This document shows, piece after piece, positions 49,189 to 60,480 of a stretch of DNA of 64,000 nucleotides (the stretch's first letter is position 1; each line of letters starts with the position of its first letter). The notes under the pieces are model-generated. The model had not been told where the DNA came from. It worked only from the letters and a program-made list of their open reading frames with translations, and did no database searches. Position numbers and translations under genes: made by a program. Source of the stretch: Methanoregula sp. (GTDB taxonomy: Archaea; Halobacteriota; Methanomicrobia; Methanomicrobiales; Methanospirillaceae). The DNA lies in NCBI RefSeq assembly GCF_028712425.1, contig NZ_JAQTQD010000001.1, positions 23,414-87,413 of the forward strand. Direction: 5' to 3'.

Positions 49189-49236
49189 GGTACTGTCCGG
49201 TTCGTGAAAACAGGGAAAAAAGAGTTTTTGGGAATG

Positions 49237-50622
49237 TTACAATTTCTTGAGTGCCTGCACGAGTTTCCCGACGGTTTCCTGTGCATCACCATAAAGCATT
49301 TTGGTATTGTCCCGGTAGAACAGGTCGTTCTCGATCCCGGCAAAGCCCCTGCCCTGGCCGCGTTTCAGCACGATGACGTTCTTTGCCTGCTCGACATCGA
49401 GGACCGGCATACCAAAGAGCGGGCTGCCCTGGCGGTGTGCTGCCGGGTTGACCGTGTCGTTGGCACCAATGACAAGAACGACATCGGTTGCCGGAAACTC
49501 AGGATTGATCTCGTCCCGGTCAAAGAGCTGATCGTACGAAACCCCGGCCTCGGCAAGCAGGACATTCATATGCCCGGGCATCCGCCCTGCAACAGGATGG
49601 ATGGCGAACTTGACCGTGATGTCCTTCTTCCCCAGCAGGTCCGTGAGTTCCTTGACCTTCTGCTGGGCCTGCGCAACGGCCATACCATAGCCGGGCGCGA
49701 TGATCACTTTGGTTGCATAGGCAAGGAGGATCGCGGCATCGTCTGCCTCGATCGCCTTCATGCTGCCCTTCACTTCCCCGCCGCTCTCGTCCTTTGCACC
49801 AAATGCCCCAAAGAAGACATTTGTCAGGGAACGGTTCATGGCTTTTGCCATCTGGAGAGTCAGGATTGATCCGGCAGCCCCGACAATGACACCGGCAACG
49901 ATCATGGCATAGTTGGGGGATGCAAATGAGAACCCGTCCAGTGCCACCGCAAGGCCGGTGAATGCATTGTACATCGAGATAACTACCGGCATATCCGCTC
50001 CACCGATGGGAAGAGTCATCAGGAGCCCGAAGCCGAGTGCCAGGACAAAGAAGAGCGGCAGGTACATGGAGACTGCCAGCGGGATAAATGCCGGCTGGAT
50101 GATGATGCAGGCCCCGGAGATCGCCGCAAGGAGGAAGATGAGAAGGTTTAAGACCTGCTGCCCGGTAAACGAGATGGCCCGGGCAGGCATCCAGCCCTGG
50201 AGTTTTAAGAAGGCGATAATGCTGCCCGAGAAGGAGACAGCACCAATGAGGCCGCCGACAACTGCAAGGGAACCGGTGACTTCTGTCGGGGTGCCGAGGA
50301 GCACAACCGCGGAGATGCAGGCTGCTGCGCCACCGCCCATGCCATTATAGAGAGCAATCATCTGCGGCATGTCGGTCATGGCAACCCTCTTGGCTGCAAT
50401 ATACCCGAACCCGCCTCCAATGACAATGGCAATCGCGATGAGGGCAAGGTTCGTGAGGTTGGGCATGAAGAATGTCACGATGGTTGCAATGAACATCGCG
50501 GCACCGGCCCAGACAATGCCGGTCCGTGCTGTAAGCGGGTGGCTCATGCGCTGGAGGCCCACGATGAAGAAGAAGATCGTGGCAATGTAGACCGGTTCGA
50601 TGAAAAACGAGAGATCGGTCAT
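49237..50622 (-). CDS. pntB: NAD(P) transhydrogenase beta subunit
   Basis: 461 aa with a membrane N-terminal half and a C-terminal NADP(H)-binding dIII (GYGMAVAQAQ, ANDTVNPAA). Confidence 0.85.
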   Translation of the reverse strand: MTDLSFFIEPVYIATIFFFIVGLQRMSHPLTARTGIVWAGAAMFIATIVTFFMPNLTNLALIAIAIVIGGGFGYIAAKRVAMTDMPQMIALYNGMGGGAAACISAVVLLGTPTEVTGSLAVVGGLIGAVSFSGSIIAFLKLQGWMPARAISFTGQQVLNLLIFLLAAISGACIIIQPAFIPLAVSMYLPLFFVLALGFGLLMTLPIGGADMPVVISMYNAFTGLAVALDGFSFASPNYAMIVAGVIVGAAGSILTLQMAKAMNRSLTNVFFGAFGAKDESGGEVKGSMKAIEADDAAILLAYATKVIIAPGYGMAVAQAQQKVKELTDLLGKKDITVKFAIHPVAGRMPGHMNVLLAEAGVSYDQLFDRDEINPEFPATDVVLVIGANDTVNPAAHRQGSPLFGMPVLDVEQAKNVIVLKRGQGRGFAGIENDLFYRDNTKMLYGDAQETVGKLVQALKKL

Positions 50623-50623
50623 T

Positions 50624-50935
50624 TTACGCCTCCTTTCCGGGCTTCCTGCCGCTCTTGTCGAACATCTGGAGGATCCGTTCCGTCACGACATATCCGCCGG
50701 TGACGTTCGCAGCGCCGAGAACCACCGCGACAAAGCCGATGACCTGTTCGAGCGGGGTTGTGGCAAGACCGAGCGCCACCATGGCGCCTACCAGCACGAT
50801 ACCGTGAATGAAGTTCGACCCGCTCATCAGTGGCGTGTGCAGGATGACCGGCACCCGGCTGATGACTACGTACCCGGTGAACGCTGCAAGCATTGCGATA
50901 TAGATGGCTGTCCAGAACGCACTGATCTCGATCAT
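50624..50935 (-). CDS. pntAB: NAD(P) transhydrogenase alpha subunit part 2 (membrane)
   Basis: 103 aa with 3-4 TM segments, located between pntAA and pntB with 1-4 nt junctions. Confidence 0.8.
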   Translation of the reverse strand: MIEISAFWTAIYIAMLAAFTGYVVISRVPVILHTPLMSGSNFIHGIVLVGAMVALGLATTPLEQVIGFVAVVLGAANVTGGYVVTERILQMFDKSGRKPGKEA

Positions 50936-52146
50936 GGTTTTACACCCCCGATGATATTACGAGCCGGAGCAAAGCATACCTCGCCGGCATGTGTGAGCAG
51001 GCTTGCGACAAGAATTTCGTCCGTGTAGTCTTTTACGAGAGAGCCTTCTTTATTGACAAGAAGCGCGAGAAATGCCTGGAGGTTCTTTGCATACATCTGG
51101 CTGGAGTGGAACGGCACGCGGGCAGGGAGGTTCCTTGGCCCGATGATAGTGACGCCGTGCTCCTGGATTGTTTTCCCTGCCTGGGTCAGTTCACAGTTTC
51201 CTCCGGTCTCTGCTGCGAGATCCACGATGACCGCGCCGGGGCGCATCCGAAGAACGGTCTCTTTCGTGATGAGGACCGGAGCTTTCCGGCCGGGGATGGC
51301 CGCGGTGGTGATGACGATATCTGCCCGGGCAACAGCAGCGGAGACCATCTCCTGCTCGAGTGCTTTCTCTTCCGGGGTGAGCTCGCGGGCATATCCTCCC
51401 TGACCCTCGGCATTGATCTCAAGTTCCAGGAACTTTGCTCCGAGACTGCGGACCTGCTCTCCGGCTGCGCGCCGGACATCATAGGCCTCAACCAGGGCGC
51501 CAAGGCGCTTTGCCGTGGCAATGGCCATCAGGCCGGCAACACCGGCACCAAGGATGAGTACAGTTGCCGGGCGGATCGTCCCGGCAGCCGTGGTAAGCAT
51601 GGGAAGGAATTTCGGGCAGTTTCCTGCACCCAGTATCACTGCGGAATATCCGCCGGCCGTTGCCTGAGAGCTGAGGGCATCCATGCCCTGGGCGCGGGTG
51701 ATACGCGGGACCAGCTCAAGGGCAAACGAGGTGATCTTCCGGTCGCGCATCGCTTTTATGGCATCGATATTTCCTGAAGGGTTCATGAACCCAACAAGGA
51801 GAGAACCTTCGGAAACCTGCTCCACATCGCCAACAGTCGGGGGCTGGACACAGAGAACGATGTCAGCGCCCTTTAAGAGATCCGCCCGGCTTGCTGCAAT
51901 CGTTGCACCAGCTGCAGTATAGAGTTCGTCAGGATAAAAGGCGCCTGTGCCGGCGCTGTGCTCAATCCTGACCTGGTGGCCGGAACTGACCAGTTTCTGG
52001 ACAACATCGGGAACGGTCGCAACGCGCAATTCGCCTTCAGCCGATTCCTTTACCACAGCGATAACGGCCGGTCTTTCCCCTGAACCGGACGGAGCGCTCA
52101 CGAGAGCCACCCGGCCTGACTGTTTTTCACAACTAAGGACAATCAA
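50932..52146 (-). CDS. pntAA: NAD(P) transhydrogenase alpha subunit part 1 (dI, alanine-dehydrogenase-like)
   Basis: Rossmann motif ILGAGVAGL. The track start is TTG 52146, and the real start may be one of the downstream GTGs (52110 or 52101). Confidence 0.8.
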   Translation of the reverse strand: MIVLSCEKQSGRVALVSAPSGSGERPAVIAVVKESAEGELRVATVPDVVQKLVSSGHQVRIEHSAGTGAFYPDELYTAAGATIAASRADLLKGADIVLCVQPPTVGDVEQVSEGSLLVGFMNPSGNIDAIKAMRDRKITSFALELVPRITRAQGMDALSSQATAGGYSAVILGAGNCPKFLPMLTTAAGTIRPATVLILGAGVAGLMAIATAKRLGALVEAYDVRRAAGEQVRSLGAKFLELEINAEGQGGYARELTPEEKALEQEMVSAAVARADIVITTAAIPGRKAPVLITKETVLRMRPGAVIVDLAAETGGNCELTQAGKTIQEHGVTIIGPRNLPARVPFHSSQMYAKNLQAFLALLVNKEGSLVKDYTDEILVASLLTHAGEVCFAPARNIIGGVKP

Positions 52147-52188
52147 TTCACTCCATCGATGATACGCAATGTAGCGTACTGGTTGGTT

Positions 52189-53823
52189 TTACAGTCTTTT
52201 TATCTTACGCACCCGGACCGCTACTCCGCGCTTCGAGCGGTGCATCTCTCCCGCCGGAAGTGCTGCACGGCCGGTTGCAAGGGCGCGCTTTCCGGTAACA
52301 AGGACCTCGTCCCCCTCCCGGATAGCCGGATCAGCGCCGGTAACCCCGGGAACGAGGACGTCACCTTCCGGGATAAAATCATCGATGGTAACGCGGTAAC
52401 ATTCCGGGAGGAGCGCCCAGCCGTCGAATGTCGGGCGGATGAGACCGGTGCCGGTATCGATGGAGAAGAGCTGGGTATTGCCCCTGCTGTAAAAGAGTTC
52501 GGGAAACCGGCCTCGCGCAACAATGCCCTTTGTTACAACATCGGCCCCGAACTGGTATGAAAGCATACCATGCAGGCGGTCATCCCTGATCCGCCGTTCT
52601 CCGGCAAGGGCTGCGTCAAGCGCATTGAGCGCGGCAGGCCCCGCCGGGTCACCGGCACAGGAATATTCAAGCGTGATACCGCAGGCTTCAGCTGCCTGGC
52701 GGGCAACCTGGAGAGCGCCGCCATCGAGGTGTGCAATGATCCGCCGGTACGGGAATTTTGCGAAATAGCGGGCCAGGATATTGGATAAAACAGCACATTC
52801 CTCGGCGTCCCAGTACCCGGTGACCGGGACATCGTAGTGCCCGGCAGGGTAGATGCATTCGAGCTCGCGGGGAACCAGCCCGAGCGGCGATGTGATGATC
52901 AGCTCGTGCGCCCGCCCGCCGATTGCTGCCTGGAACCTCCGGTGACTCTGCGAAAGCGAGTAGGGTTTTTTTGCCGAGCAGGGCAGGAGCACTGCCACAT
53001 CGCACTTCTCTGGCGGGATGTAGCGGGTCAGGACCCGTTCGGCAAAGCGCTGCACTTCAGCGCGCTGCATTGATTCGCCTGAGTTGGCCCGCATGATCAC
53101 AGCCCGGGCAATTGGCTGGGCTGCCTCCATGAACGCATAGTGACGGTCCAGGTGGCGGAGGATCGCGACCTGGTTTGCATCCATGCGGCAGCGGGACTCG
53201 ACCAGATCGCGCAGTTGTGCCTGCCGGATGAACCGGGTGATGAGGGCAAGTTCCTGACGGAGGGCTTGGCGGTTGTGCTCCCGCAGGTCACCAGCCCTGC
53301 AACCGGGACAGGTGCAGATGCCGTCACCCAGCGCAGTGGCGGGGAACTCTCCTTCCGGGGTACAGAAGATCCCCTGTGCGGAGCGGAGGTCCACGGCGGT
53401 GTAATCGAAGAGGTCGAAACCCGAGTAGCAGAGGATGGCTGCGGTTGACGGAAGGGCTGCCGCAGGGCCATACCATGCGGTATCGGCCGGGGTCTTCTCC
53501 TTGAGAGAGACCAGCCAGTTCACGTAGTTACGGGGATTGGCAAATGAGGTATGCCAGTTTGTCACGAGAACACAGTCCCCGCTCTGTGCCGTATTCTTCA
53601 ATGCGGGATGAATGATGACCGGCCCCCCGGGAATGGCGGGGGGGAATTCTTCTGCAAGGTTTGCCGGTGCGGCAAGAGGCATGTTGACAGATGTGGGCGT
53701 GACCAGTGCAGGGAAGATGGTCTCTGTCTCCGCTGCTGCCGGGAGGTTAATGGAGGTTGTGCCGGTATCGAGAACCCCGGTGCGGGCAAGACCGTCCCTT
53801 CTCCGGATATCAAACTTCGTCAT
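52189..53823 (-). CDS. arcS: archaeosine synthase alpha subunit-like protein (ArcS; DUF5591 plus C-terminal PUA)
   Basis: The [11 protein letters not shown] motif and a C-terminal PUA-like segment ([17 protein letters not shown]). The start at ATG 53823 overlaps the tgtA end by 14 nt. Confidence 0.7.
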   Translation of the reverse strand: MTKFDIRRRDGLARTGVLDTGTTSINLPAAAETETIFPALVTPTSVNMPLAAPANLAEEFPPAIPGGPVIIHPALKNTAQSGDCVLVTNWHTSFANPRNYVNWLVSLKEKTPADTAWYGPAAALPSTAAILCYSGFDLFDYTAVDLRSAQGIFCTPEGEFPATALGDGICTCPGCRAGDLREHNRQALRQELALITRFIRQAQLRDLVESRCRMDANQVAILRHLDRHYAFMEAAQPIARAVIMRANSGESMQRAEVQRFAERVLTRYIPPEKCDVAVLLPCSAKKPYSLSQSHRRFQAAIGGRAHELIITSPLGLVPRELECIYPAGHYDVPVTGYWDAEECAVLSNILARYFAKFPYRRIIAHLDGGALQVARQAAEACGITLEYSCAGDPAGPAALNALDAALAGERRIRDDRLHGMLSYQFGADVVTKGIVARGRFPELFYSRGNTQLFSIDTGTGLIRPTFDGWALLPECYRVTIDDFIPEGDVLVPGVTGADPAIREGDEVLVTGKRALATGRAALPAGEMHRSKRGVAVRVRKIKRL

Positions 53824-55264
53824 CGGTAATCTCCATGCCGGAAAGTTCCTGCCGGACGATCCCTTCCCAGCGGGAGCTGCATGCAAGCACAATCCTGCTT
53901 CCGGGATGCGTGTCAGCAAGTATCCGGATACCCTGGCATCCCTTGCGTACCATGGCCGCATCCCATTCCGGGATCTCGCAGGGGCCGATGGGGAACGTCT
54001 CTTTCAGCTCCACCGGGTAGGGACCAAACGGGGGCCGGAAGAAAAGCGTGTCATCATAACCTTCCGAAGGTTTGCCATCCAGGACAACCAGTACCTTTTG
54101 CCCCAGCGGAAGCCGGGCCAGCTGCTGCTGGTATCGGATCACTTCGGTGCGGAGGCAGCTCTCATCGCCGCGGTAAAAAAACCGCCGTTTGGATACCCGG
54201 TCATGGCCGGCAAGCGTTGGGGCATGGGAGAGAAGTTCGCGGTACCCGTCAAGCAGGCGCGGGTGGCTCCGGCACCGTTCATCAACAAGTTCCCAGAGTG
54301 TCCCATCAACAATCGCCTGCCGGACCCGGGAGATCTCGGCAAGCGTAACATACAGGTTATGGAGCGCGAGAAGGCGCTCCCGGTCCGGGGCGGCCCGGAG
54401 TTCTTCAGCAGAATGAGACCGGCAGACACTACAGGCACAGGGGAGATCGACAAGGTCCTCGATCCGGTATGAGCCATGAGCGGTTAGGTATCGGCCGTCC
54501 TTTGCATAGAGCGCGTACGCGGCCGAATCGAAGAGATCGCATCCCATTGCCGTTGCAAGGGCAAACATCGAGGGATGACCGGCACCAAAGAGATGGACAC
54601 AAGCGGATGGGGAGAGGGCGCGTTTTGATGCCATGACAACCCGGACGAGATCGCGATACCGGTATGATTCCATGAGCGGGACAACGGCACCAACAGGGCA
54701 GAACGGGAAGCCGAGGTCCATCACCTCGCGTGCAGACTTTTCACGGAGATCCTCAAATGTCCCACCCTGGACCGGCCCGGCAAGGGGTGCATCGGGGCCA
54801 AAGACCTCTTTAGCCTCGGCAAGTCGCTGGAGCGTGATGGCAAGATCGCGCGCTGTCGTGTCACGGTCCGCTGTTGGAGATGTAGGGATATCGAGGGGAA
54901 CCCAGATGTCGCTTCCGATATCGCGCTGGAAGGAAAGTGTTTCTGTGTTGGTGATGGATACTTCACCATAAACCGAGAGCTGGAAGGACCCGGAGTCGGT
55001 CATAATAACGCCACTAAAGTCAAGGACCGAATGAAGCCCTTCAGCAAGGGCCCGTTCTCGGAATTGTCTGCTCTGGGAAAAAATATAGGCATTCGTGATG
55101 AGGGCCTCGACTCCCATGGACGCCATCTCCTTCGGGGTCACGAGCTGGAGGTGGGGGTTAATGACCGGGAGAAGAGCGGGAGTCCGGATCGTCTTTTTAC
55201 CAACCGTCAGTTTGCCGATCCGCCCGGCAATATCGCTGTACAGGCTCTCAAATGCAATGGCCAT
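53810..55264 (-). CDS. tgtA: tRNA-guanine(15) transglycosylase (archaeosine TGT), short form without an obvious PUA domain
   Basis: TGT-like N-terminus [19 protein letters not shown] and Zn site CxCxxC (CACSVC). 484 aa. Confidence 0.8.
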   Translation of the reverse strand: MAIAFESLYSDIAGRIGKLTVGKKTIRTPALLPVINPHLQLVTPKEMASMGVEALITNAYIFSQSRQFRERALAEGLHSVLDFSGVIMTDSGSFQLSVYGEVSITNTETLSFQRDIGSDIWVPLDIPTSPTADRDTTARDLAITLQRLAEAKEVFGPDAPLAGPVQGGTFEDLREKSAREVMDLGFPFCPVGAVVPLMESYRYRDLVRVVMASKRALSPSACVHLFGAGHPSMFALATAMGCDLFDSAAYALYAKDGRYLTAHGSYRIEDLVDLPCACSVCRSHSAEELRAAPDRERLLALHNLYVTLAEISRVRQAIVDGTLWELVDERCRSHPRLLDGYRELLSHAPTLAGHDRVSKRRFFYRGDESCLRTEVIRYQQQLARLPLGQKVLVVLDGKPSEGYDDTLFFRPPFGPYPVELKETFPIGPCEIPEWDAAMVRKGCQGIRILADTHPGSRIVLACSSRWEGIVRQELSGMEITDDEV

Positions 55265-55318
55265 TATGCACCCTGATCGCCTTGTACATGCGTGTTCTTG
55301 TATGTTAAACGGTTGCCC

Positions 55319-55882
55319 TCACTGTTTCTCGGTGAAGATCTGGCCCTCGAAGGTGAGGACTTCTACCGAAGGATAGGTCCAGCACCGGTTGGGGAGACCT
55401 GCCTTCATGCAGGTATGTTCGAGAAATGTCGCGGCATCCCACCCGTATTCTGTTGCCACCTGGGGGAGAAGGAGCCCGCTTGTGCGCATTCCCCGGATGA
55501 TCAGCCCGTGTTTTCCGACAACAATGGCATCCGGTCGTTTTTCGGGTTCCCCGGGAAGCGAAACGGGGATTGTCAGGATCGTTACCTCAACGGCAATTTC
55601 CGGCAGTTCGGGTTTTCCGACCGGAGGAAAGCGGGGATCTTCTGTTGCTGCTGCAATCGCAGCGTGTTCGATTGCATCCCCAAGCGGCATTATCGGGTAG
55701 GGTAGACCGATGCACCCGCGGAGCTGTCCTTTTTTGGTCAGGGTGACAAAAACGCCGCGTTTTTCCTCGAATACCGGTGTGAGTTTCAGTAGCGGTTTCG
55801 GTTTTTTTGCGCACACATACTCAACGGCGCCGCGTGCAGAGCGGATCGCCATGAGCCCCTCATCATTGGTGAGCAGTTCCAT
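55319..55882 (-). CDS. AMMECR1-domain protein
   Basis: RGVFVTL...GQLRGCIG signature. Start at ATG 55882; the upstream track extension is unlikely to be coding. Confidence 0.8.
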   Translation of the reverse strand: MELLTNDEGLMAIRSARGAVEYVCAKKPKPLLKLTPVFEEKRGVFVTLTKKGQLRGCIGLPYPIMPLGDAIEHAAIAAATEDPRFPPVGKPELPEIAVEVTILTIPVSLPGEPEKRPDAIVVGKHGLIIRGMRTSGLLLPQVATEYGWDAATFLEHTCMKAGLPNRCWTYPSVEVLTFEGQIFTEKQ

Positions 55883-56017
55883 GGCAGGTTCCTTCTTCTG
55901 TGTGTCAGACTGGAGTGAACCTTGTATACCAATGTATCGGATGAATATTGGGGGCAACCTTGCCTGAATATGGTGCGCGGCATTGTCCTTATTATCTTTC
56001 ACGACCTATAGAATAAT

Positions 56018-56355
56018 GAGAGGGAGAGAGCGGCTGACGGTGACAGCAATGTTGCTGAGGAAAGTCCCCCCACCCACCGGGCACGCAGCCGTACGCAAGT
56101 ACGGGTGGCGAGAGTCACGGCAATGGCACAGAAACGACACGGCCTGCCAACAGTCATGATGCGGTTGAGCCTAAGGGCGAGAAGCATGGTCTCCATGCGA
56201 GTAACCCGCTGAGCGTTCACGGGCAGGATACGGTGAAACGGCGAATCCCTGCGGGTGCAAGTCAGAACAGGACAGATGGATCGTCCGGTATCCGTCCGGG
56301 TATGACGCAGAGCTGAATGCCGCTTTGAACAGAAGGAGGCTTACTCCTCCCACTC
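56018..56355 (+). ncRNA. rnpB: RNase P RNA (archaeal type A)
   Basis: Conserved elements GAGGAAAGTCC (56057-56067), ACAGAAA, GGTGAAACGGC and a terminal AGAAGGAGGCTTAC. The 5' GAGAGGGAG pairs with the 3' CTCCCACTC as P1. Ends are approximate, within about 10 nt. Confidence 0.85.
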
Positions 56356-56486
56356 ACTTTTCCTGCTGGATCCTTTACATTAGATACTGCGACTGGTTTT
56401 CAACATCCGTGGATCATAACCCCTTGGGGATACCTGCAACAGGATATTAAACCGGCATTCCCAGAGTACGGTAGGAGGATTCCATC

Positions 56487-57551
56487 ATGAGTATTCCCAT
56501 TATCCCGGGACGATCTGTCATGCGTTGTTCACTTGCCCTTGTCATTTTCGTTTTACTGATCCTGCCTGTTACGGCCGTCACCCTGACTCCCGGTGCATCC
56601 TCCGGTTCCACAATAATATCCAAAGGTGATCCCGTGTATATTAACGGCGTAGCGACCGGTCACCCGCAAAACGGTCTCCAGGTCTGGCTCATCGGTAATA
56701 ACATGGTGAGGATCACCACCGTGCAAGTCAAAAGCGACAATACCTATACCTACGAGATTACCTCAACGGAGACACAGAATTTTGCTCCCGGCCAGTACCT
56801 TGTGATTGTGCAGCACCCCATGATGAACGGGCAGTTTGATATTGTCTACTCTGCCGCAACAGGACAGGTGATCAACCGCCAGATGCAGCCCGGCAGAGGG
56901 GGCACCAGCGGGACAGTTATCTTCCAGCTGACCAGCGCCAGCAGCCTCCAGGGCCCGGATGCGGCGTCAGCGCTCATGCGGGCAATTGGCAGCCAGAATG
57001 TCGATGATACCTTTGCCACGGCATCATTTTTCATCAATCCGCCAAATGCATTTGTCAATCCGGTTGGCGACCATGTTGTCGGGGAGAAATTCATGATCTC
57101 CGGCACGACAAACCTTGCAGCCGGGGACAAACTTCAGGTAGATGTCTATTCTTCCTCGTTTTCCCCCACGAAAAAGAGCCAGTCCGGAGCATATTCCGGG
57201 GCAAGCGATGTTGTTGAAGTGACTGCAGGAACCGGTGGGAAAAACCAGTGGTCGTTTGCCATCGACTCTGCGACATTCAGACCGGATGAATATATCGTTA
57301 CTGTTGAGGGGATCTTACAGGATGTGAAAGGCTCGACCACCTTCGATCTCCTTGCAGCAACTCCGGTTCCGACAGTGCCGGTTGATACACCAGGCACAAC
57401 ACTATCAGAAACCAAGATTCCCTCTGCCATCGCAACTACTCCTGCGGTAAGGAGTGTCGAACCTGCAACAACTCATACCGCAGTGCCCTTGTGGATAATT
57501 CTCACGGGTCTTGTTGCCGGTATGATGCTCCAGATCAGCAGGAGACGATAA
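56487..57551 (+). CDS. secreted cell-surface protein with a C-terminal TM anchor (hypothetical)
   Basis: Signal-like CSLALVIFVLLILPVTAV. A Thr/Pro-rich stalk precedes the TM VPLWIILTGLVAGMMLQISRRR. Confidence 0.6.
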   Translation: MSIPIIPGRSVMRCSLALVIFVLLILPVTAVTLTPGASSGSTIISKGDPVYINGVATGHPQNGLQVWLIGNNMVRITTVQVKSDNTYTYEITSTETQNFAPGQYLVIVQHPMMNGQFDIVYSAATGQVINRQMQPGRGGTSGTVIFQLTSASSLQGPDAASALMRAIGSQNVDDTFATASFFINPPNAFVNPVGDHVVGEKFMISGTTNLAAGDKLQVDVYSSSFSPTKKSQSGAYSGASDVVEVTAGTGGKNQWSFAIDSATFRPDEYIVTVEGILQDVKGSTTFDLLAATPVPTVPVDTPGTTLSETKIPSAIATTPAVRSVEPATTHTAVPLWIILTGLVAGMMLQISRRR

Positions 57552-57560
57552 CAGGGGACG

Positions 57561-58991
57561 TTACCACCCGAGCAGCAGGGTCTTCGTGCGGGAGTAATTG
57601 TCCAGTGCATGGAGACCATTTTCCCGTCCAAAACCACTCTCGTTCATCCCGCCGAACGGGATTTCCGGGGGAATGGTAAGGTGCCGGTTCACCCAGATAA
57701 TGCCTGCGTGGATCTCGTCGAAAGCGCGTTTTACCGCAGGAAGACTGCTTGTCCAGATCGATGCCCCAAGACCATATGCAGTCCGGTTTGCCTCTGTTAT
57801 CGCAGCGTCCAGGTCAGGTACCGGCATGACAGGAAGGACTGGTCCGAATACTTCACCGGTCATGAGCCCGCTGGTCTTCTCCACATCAGATACTACTGTG
57901 GGCCGGTAGAAAAATCCCTGTGAATACTCTGCTCCCCCGGGCCTTGTTCCCCCGGTAAGTACCGTTCCCTGTCCCGTATCCCGGACCCTGTCAATGAGTT
58001 TTTCGATACGCTCGCGCTGGATAGCACTGTTGAGCGGACCCATGTCCGTACCGGCATCAAGACCATTCCCTAGTTTTAGTGACTCTGTCTTCTGTTTCAG
58101 CCTGCGGGAGAATTCTGCGGCGATTGACTCATGGACAAAGAGACGTTTTACTGCAGTGCAGGTCTGCCCTGCATTATAGAACCTCCCCCTGATTGCCCCG
58201 TCAACAGCTTTGTCGATGTCAGCATCGGGCATAACAATCATCGGGTCGGAACCCCCGAGTTCGAGCGTAAGCTCCTTGAGACTTCCGGCAGCAAGTTCAC
58301 GGATCCGTTGTCCAGTTGCACAACTCCCCGTAAAGGAGAGTTTTTTTATTGCCGGGTGTCCTGCCATGGCTTCTCCAATTGTCTCACCCACCCCGGTGAC
58401 GGTGTTCAGGGTCCCGGGAGGTAATCCTGCTTCATCGAGGATCTCGGTAAGACGGAGCGCAGTCAGGGGAGCGGTGGATGCAGGTTTGAGTAAAAGGGTA
58501 TTTCCCGCTAGCAGCGCGGGACCGATCTTCCAGCCCATGATAAGGGCTGGCATGTTCCAGGGAATGATGGCAGCGCAGATTCCCATCGGTTCACGGGTGA
58601 TTATGGCATCTCCTGTGGCACCCAGCCGGACCAGTTCCCCTTTCTGGGCTGCGGAGATCCCGGCATAAAATTCAAGGATATTAGCAAATCCCCGAATCTC
58701 GTCAATGGATTCCTTTAGGGGTTTTCCCTGTTCCGTAGTAAGGAGACGGGCCAGATCCTTGTGCCGCTCCCGCACAATCCCGGCAGCACGAAAAAGGACC
58801 ATCCCCCGTTCGCGCTGCGTTTTTCTCTTCCATGAGGAAAATGCCGTATCCGCAGCGGTCACTGCGCGTTCGAGATCGTCCTTTGTCCCGGCCGGTACAC
58901 GGTCGATCTCATCTCCTGTGGCAGGATTAATCACGGGTATCCATTTGTTTTCATCCGTTCCTGCACCAGCCCCGCCAACCCGCATCAGCAT
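57561..58991 (-). CDS. NAD(P)+-dependent aldehyde dehydrogenase family enzyme (possibly lactaldehyde dehydrogenase)
   Basis: ELGGSDP (catalytic Glu) and GQTCTAVKR (catalytic Cys). 476 aa. The substrate assignment is only an inference. Confidence 0.8.
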   Translation of the reverse strand: MLMRVGGAGAGTDENKWIPVINPATGDEIDRVPAGTKDDLERAVTAADTAFSSWKRKTQRERGMVLFRAAGIVRERHKDLARLLTTEQGKPLKESIDEIRGFANILEFYAGISAAQKGELVRLGATGDAIITREPMGICAAIIPWNMPALIMGWKIGPALLAGNTLLLKPASTAPLTALRLTEILDEAGLPPGTLNTVTGVGETIGEAMAGHPAIKKLSFTGSCATGQRIRELAAGSLKELTLELGGSDPMIVMPDADIDKAVDGAIRGRFYNAGQTCTAVKRLFVHESIAAEFSRRLKQKTESLKLGNGLDAGTDMGPLNSAIQRERIEKLIDRVRDTGQGTVLTGGTRPGGAEYSQGFFYRPTVVSDVEKTSGLMTGEVFGPVLPVMPVPDLDAAITEANRTAYGLGASIWTSSLPAVKRAFDEIHAGIIWVNRHLTIPPEIPFGGMNESGFGRENGLHALDNYSRTKTLLLGW

Positions 58992-59131
58992 CTGTTATCG
59001 CATCCTTTCCGGAACATTAGCAGTCCCGTAGTACTGGTTTACTTTGCGATTGCGCCCTAAAAATCCCATCTGTCAGGTTCAAGAACCATCCGGCAGAAGA
59101 TGGTAATTCGATAGCCGGAAATGACCGGGAA

Positions 59132-60364
59132 TTACTGGTGCCCGGATGATGGCACGGAACGGCTGCACCCGGATTTGACAGCAGCATTGGCCACTGCTTT
59201 GGCCACTCGTCTTGTCACGCTCTTATCAAGGATACTGGGAAGGATACAATCCGGGCGCGGTTGTCGGATGCATCCGGCAATAGCATGTGCGGCCGCGATC
59301 TTCATCTCATCGGTAATCCTTGTGGCCCGGGCATCCAGCGCACCCCGGAATATTCCGGGGAACGCCAGCACATTGTTGATCTGGTTGGGAAAGTCACTCC
59401 TCCCAGTGCCGATAACCGCTGCTCCGGCCTCTTTTGCAGCATCCGGCATGATCTCCGGAACGGGATTTGCCATAGCAAAGACAATGGGATTTTTGTTCAT
59501 TGATTTGATCATGTCCTGTGTCACAAGACCCGGAGCAGAGACTCCGATGAACACATCTGCTCCGCACAATGCATCGGCAAGAGTGCCCTTGAGCGCGACC
59601 CTGTTGGTCTCTTCCGAGATGATGAATTTATACTTGTTTCCATAGAGCCCTTCCCTGCCCCGGAATATCATCCCTTTCGTATCACAGACAATGATCTCGT
59701 TAACCCGGGTACAGACATCCGGGCTGTAGCCGATGCATTTCAACATTCTCGTAATAGCGTAACCGGCCGCACCGGCTCCGCTGATAACGATAGTGAGATC
59801 GCTGTAGTTTTTTCCTGTTACCTTACAGGCATTGATGAGTGCAGCAAGGACGACAATTGCTGTTCCGTGCTGGTCATCGTGCATGACCGGGATCCCGATG
59901 TCCTGGAGAGCATCTTCAACCTCAAAGCATTTCGGAGCAGCAATGTCCTCAAGGTTGATGCCGCCGAAGACCGGTGCGATATTCTTAACCTTGTCTACAA
60001 AATCCGTCTCGTAACTTTCAAAGCAGATCGGGAAAGCATCCACACCTGCGAATTCCTTGAACAGGATCGCTTTTCCCTCCATCACCGGGATTGCTGCATA
60101 TCCCCCGATATTTCCCAACCCGAGGACCGCCGAACCATCCGTAACAATGGCGATGGTATTTGCCTTCAGGGTATATTCGTATGCCATGTCCCGGTTACGG
60201 AGTATTTCCCGGCTGACTTCAGCGACACCGGGAGTGTAGGCCAGGGACAGGTCATGCCGTGTTTTTAAGAGTACCTTTGGCCGGATGGCCAGTTTCCCAC
60301 GGTGTTTTTCATGAAGGACGAGGGATTCCCTGTACAGGGAATCACTGCCGGGCGAGAAGGGCAT
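59132..60364 (-). CDS. NAD(P)-dependent malic enzyme (short, archaeal/bacterial type)
   Basis: [17 protein letters not shown] and ISGAGAAG motifs. 410 aa. Confidence 0.85.
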   Translation of the reverse strand: MPFSPGSDSLYRESLVLHEKHRGKLAIRPKVLLKTRHDLSLAYTPGVAEVSREILRNRDMAYEYTLKANTIAIVTDGSAVLGLGNIGGYAAIPVMEGKAILFKEFAGVDAFPICFESYETDFVDKVKNIAPVFGGINLEDIAAPKCFEVEDALQDIGIPVMHDDQHGTAIVVLAALINACKVTGKNYSDLTIVISGAGAAGYAITRMLKCIGYSPDVCTRVNEIIVCDTKGMIFRGREGLYGNKYKFIISEETNRVALKGTLADALCGADVFIGVSAPGLVTQDMIKSMNKNPIVFAMANPVPEIMPDAAKEAGAAVIGTGRSDFPNQINNVLAFPGIFRGALDARATRITDEMKIAAAHAIAGCIRQPRPDCILPSILDKSVTRRVAKAVANAAVKSGCSRSVPSSGHQ

Positions 60365-60480
60365 GCAGGAGTCTCACTGTACGTGACAGTGATGGCGTTG
60401 GTCATGAATATAGCGGTCGAAACGGGTTACCCCCGAATAATACTATGCCGGGATAATAAAGCGGTGCTTCCAGAAAGCAA

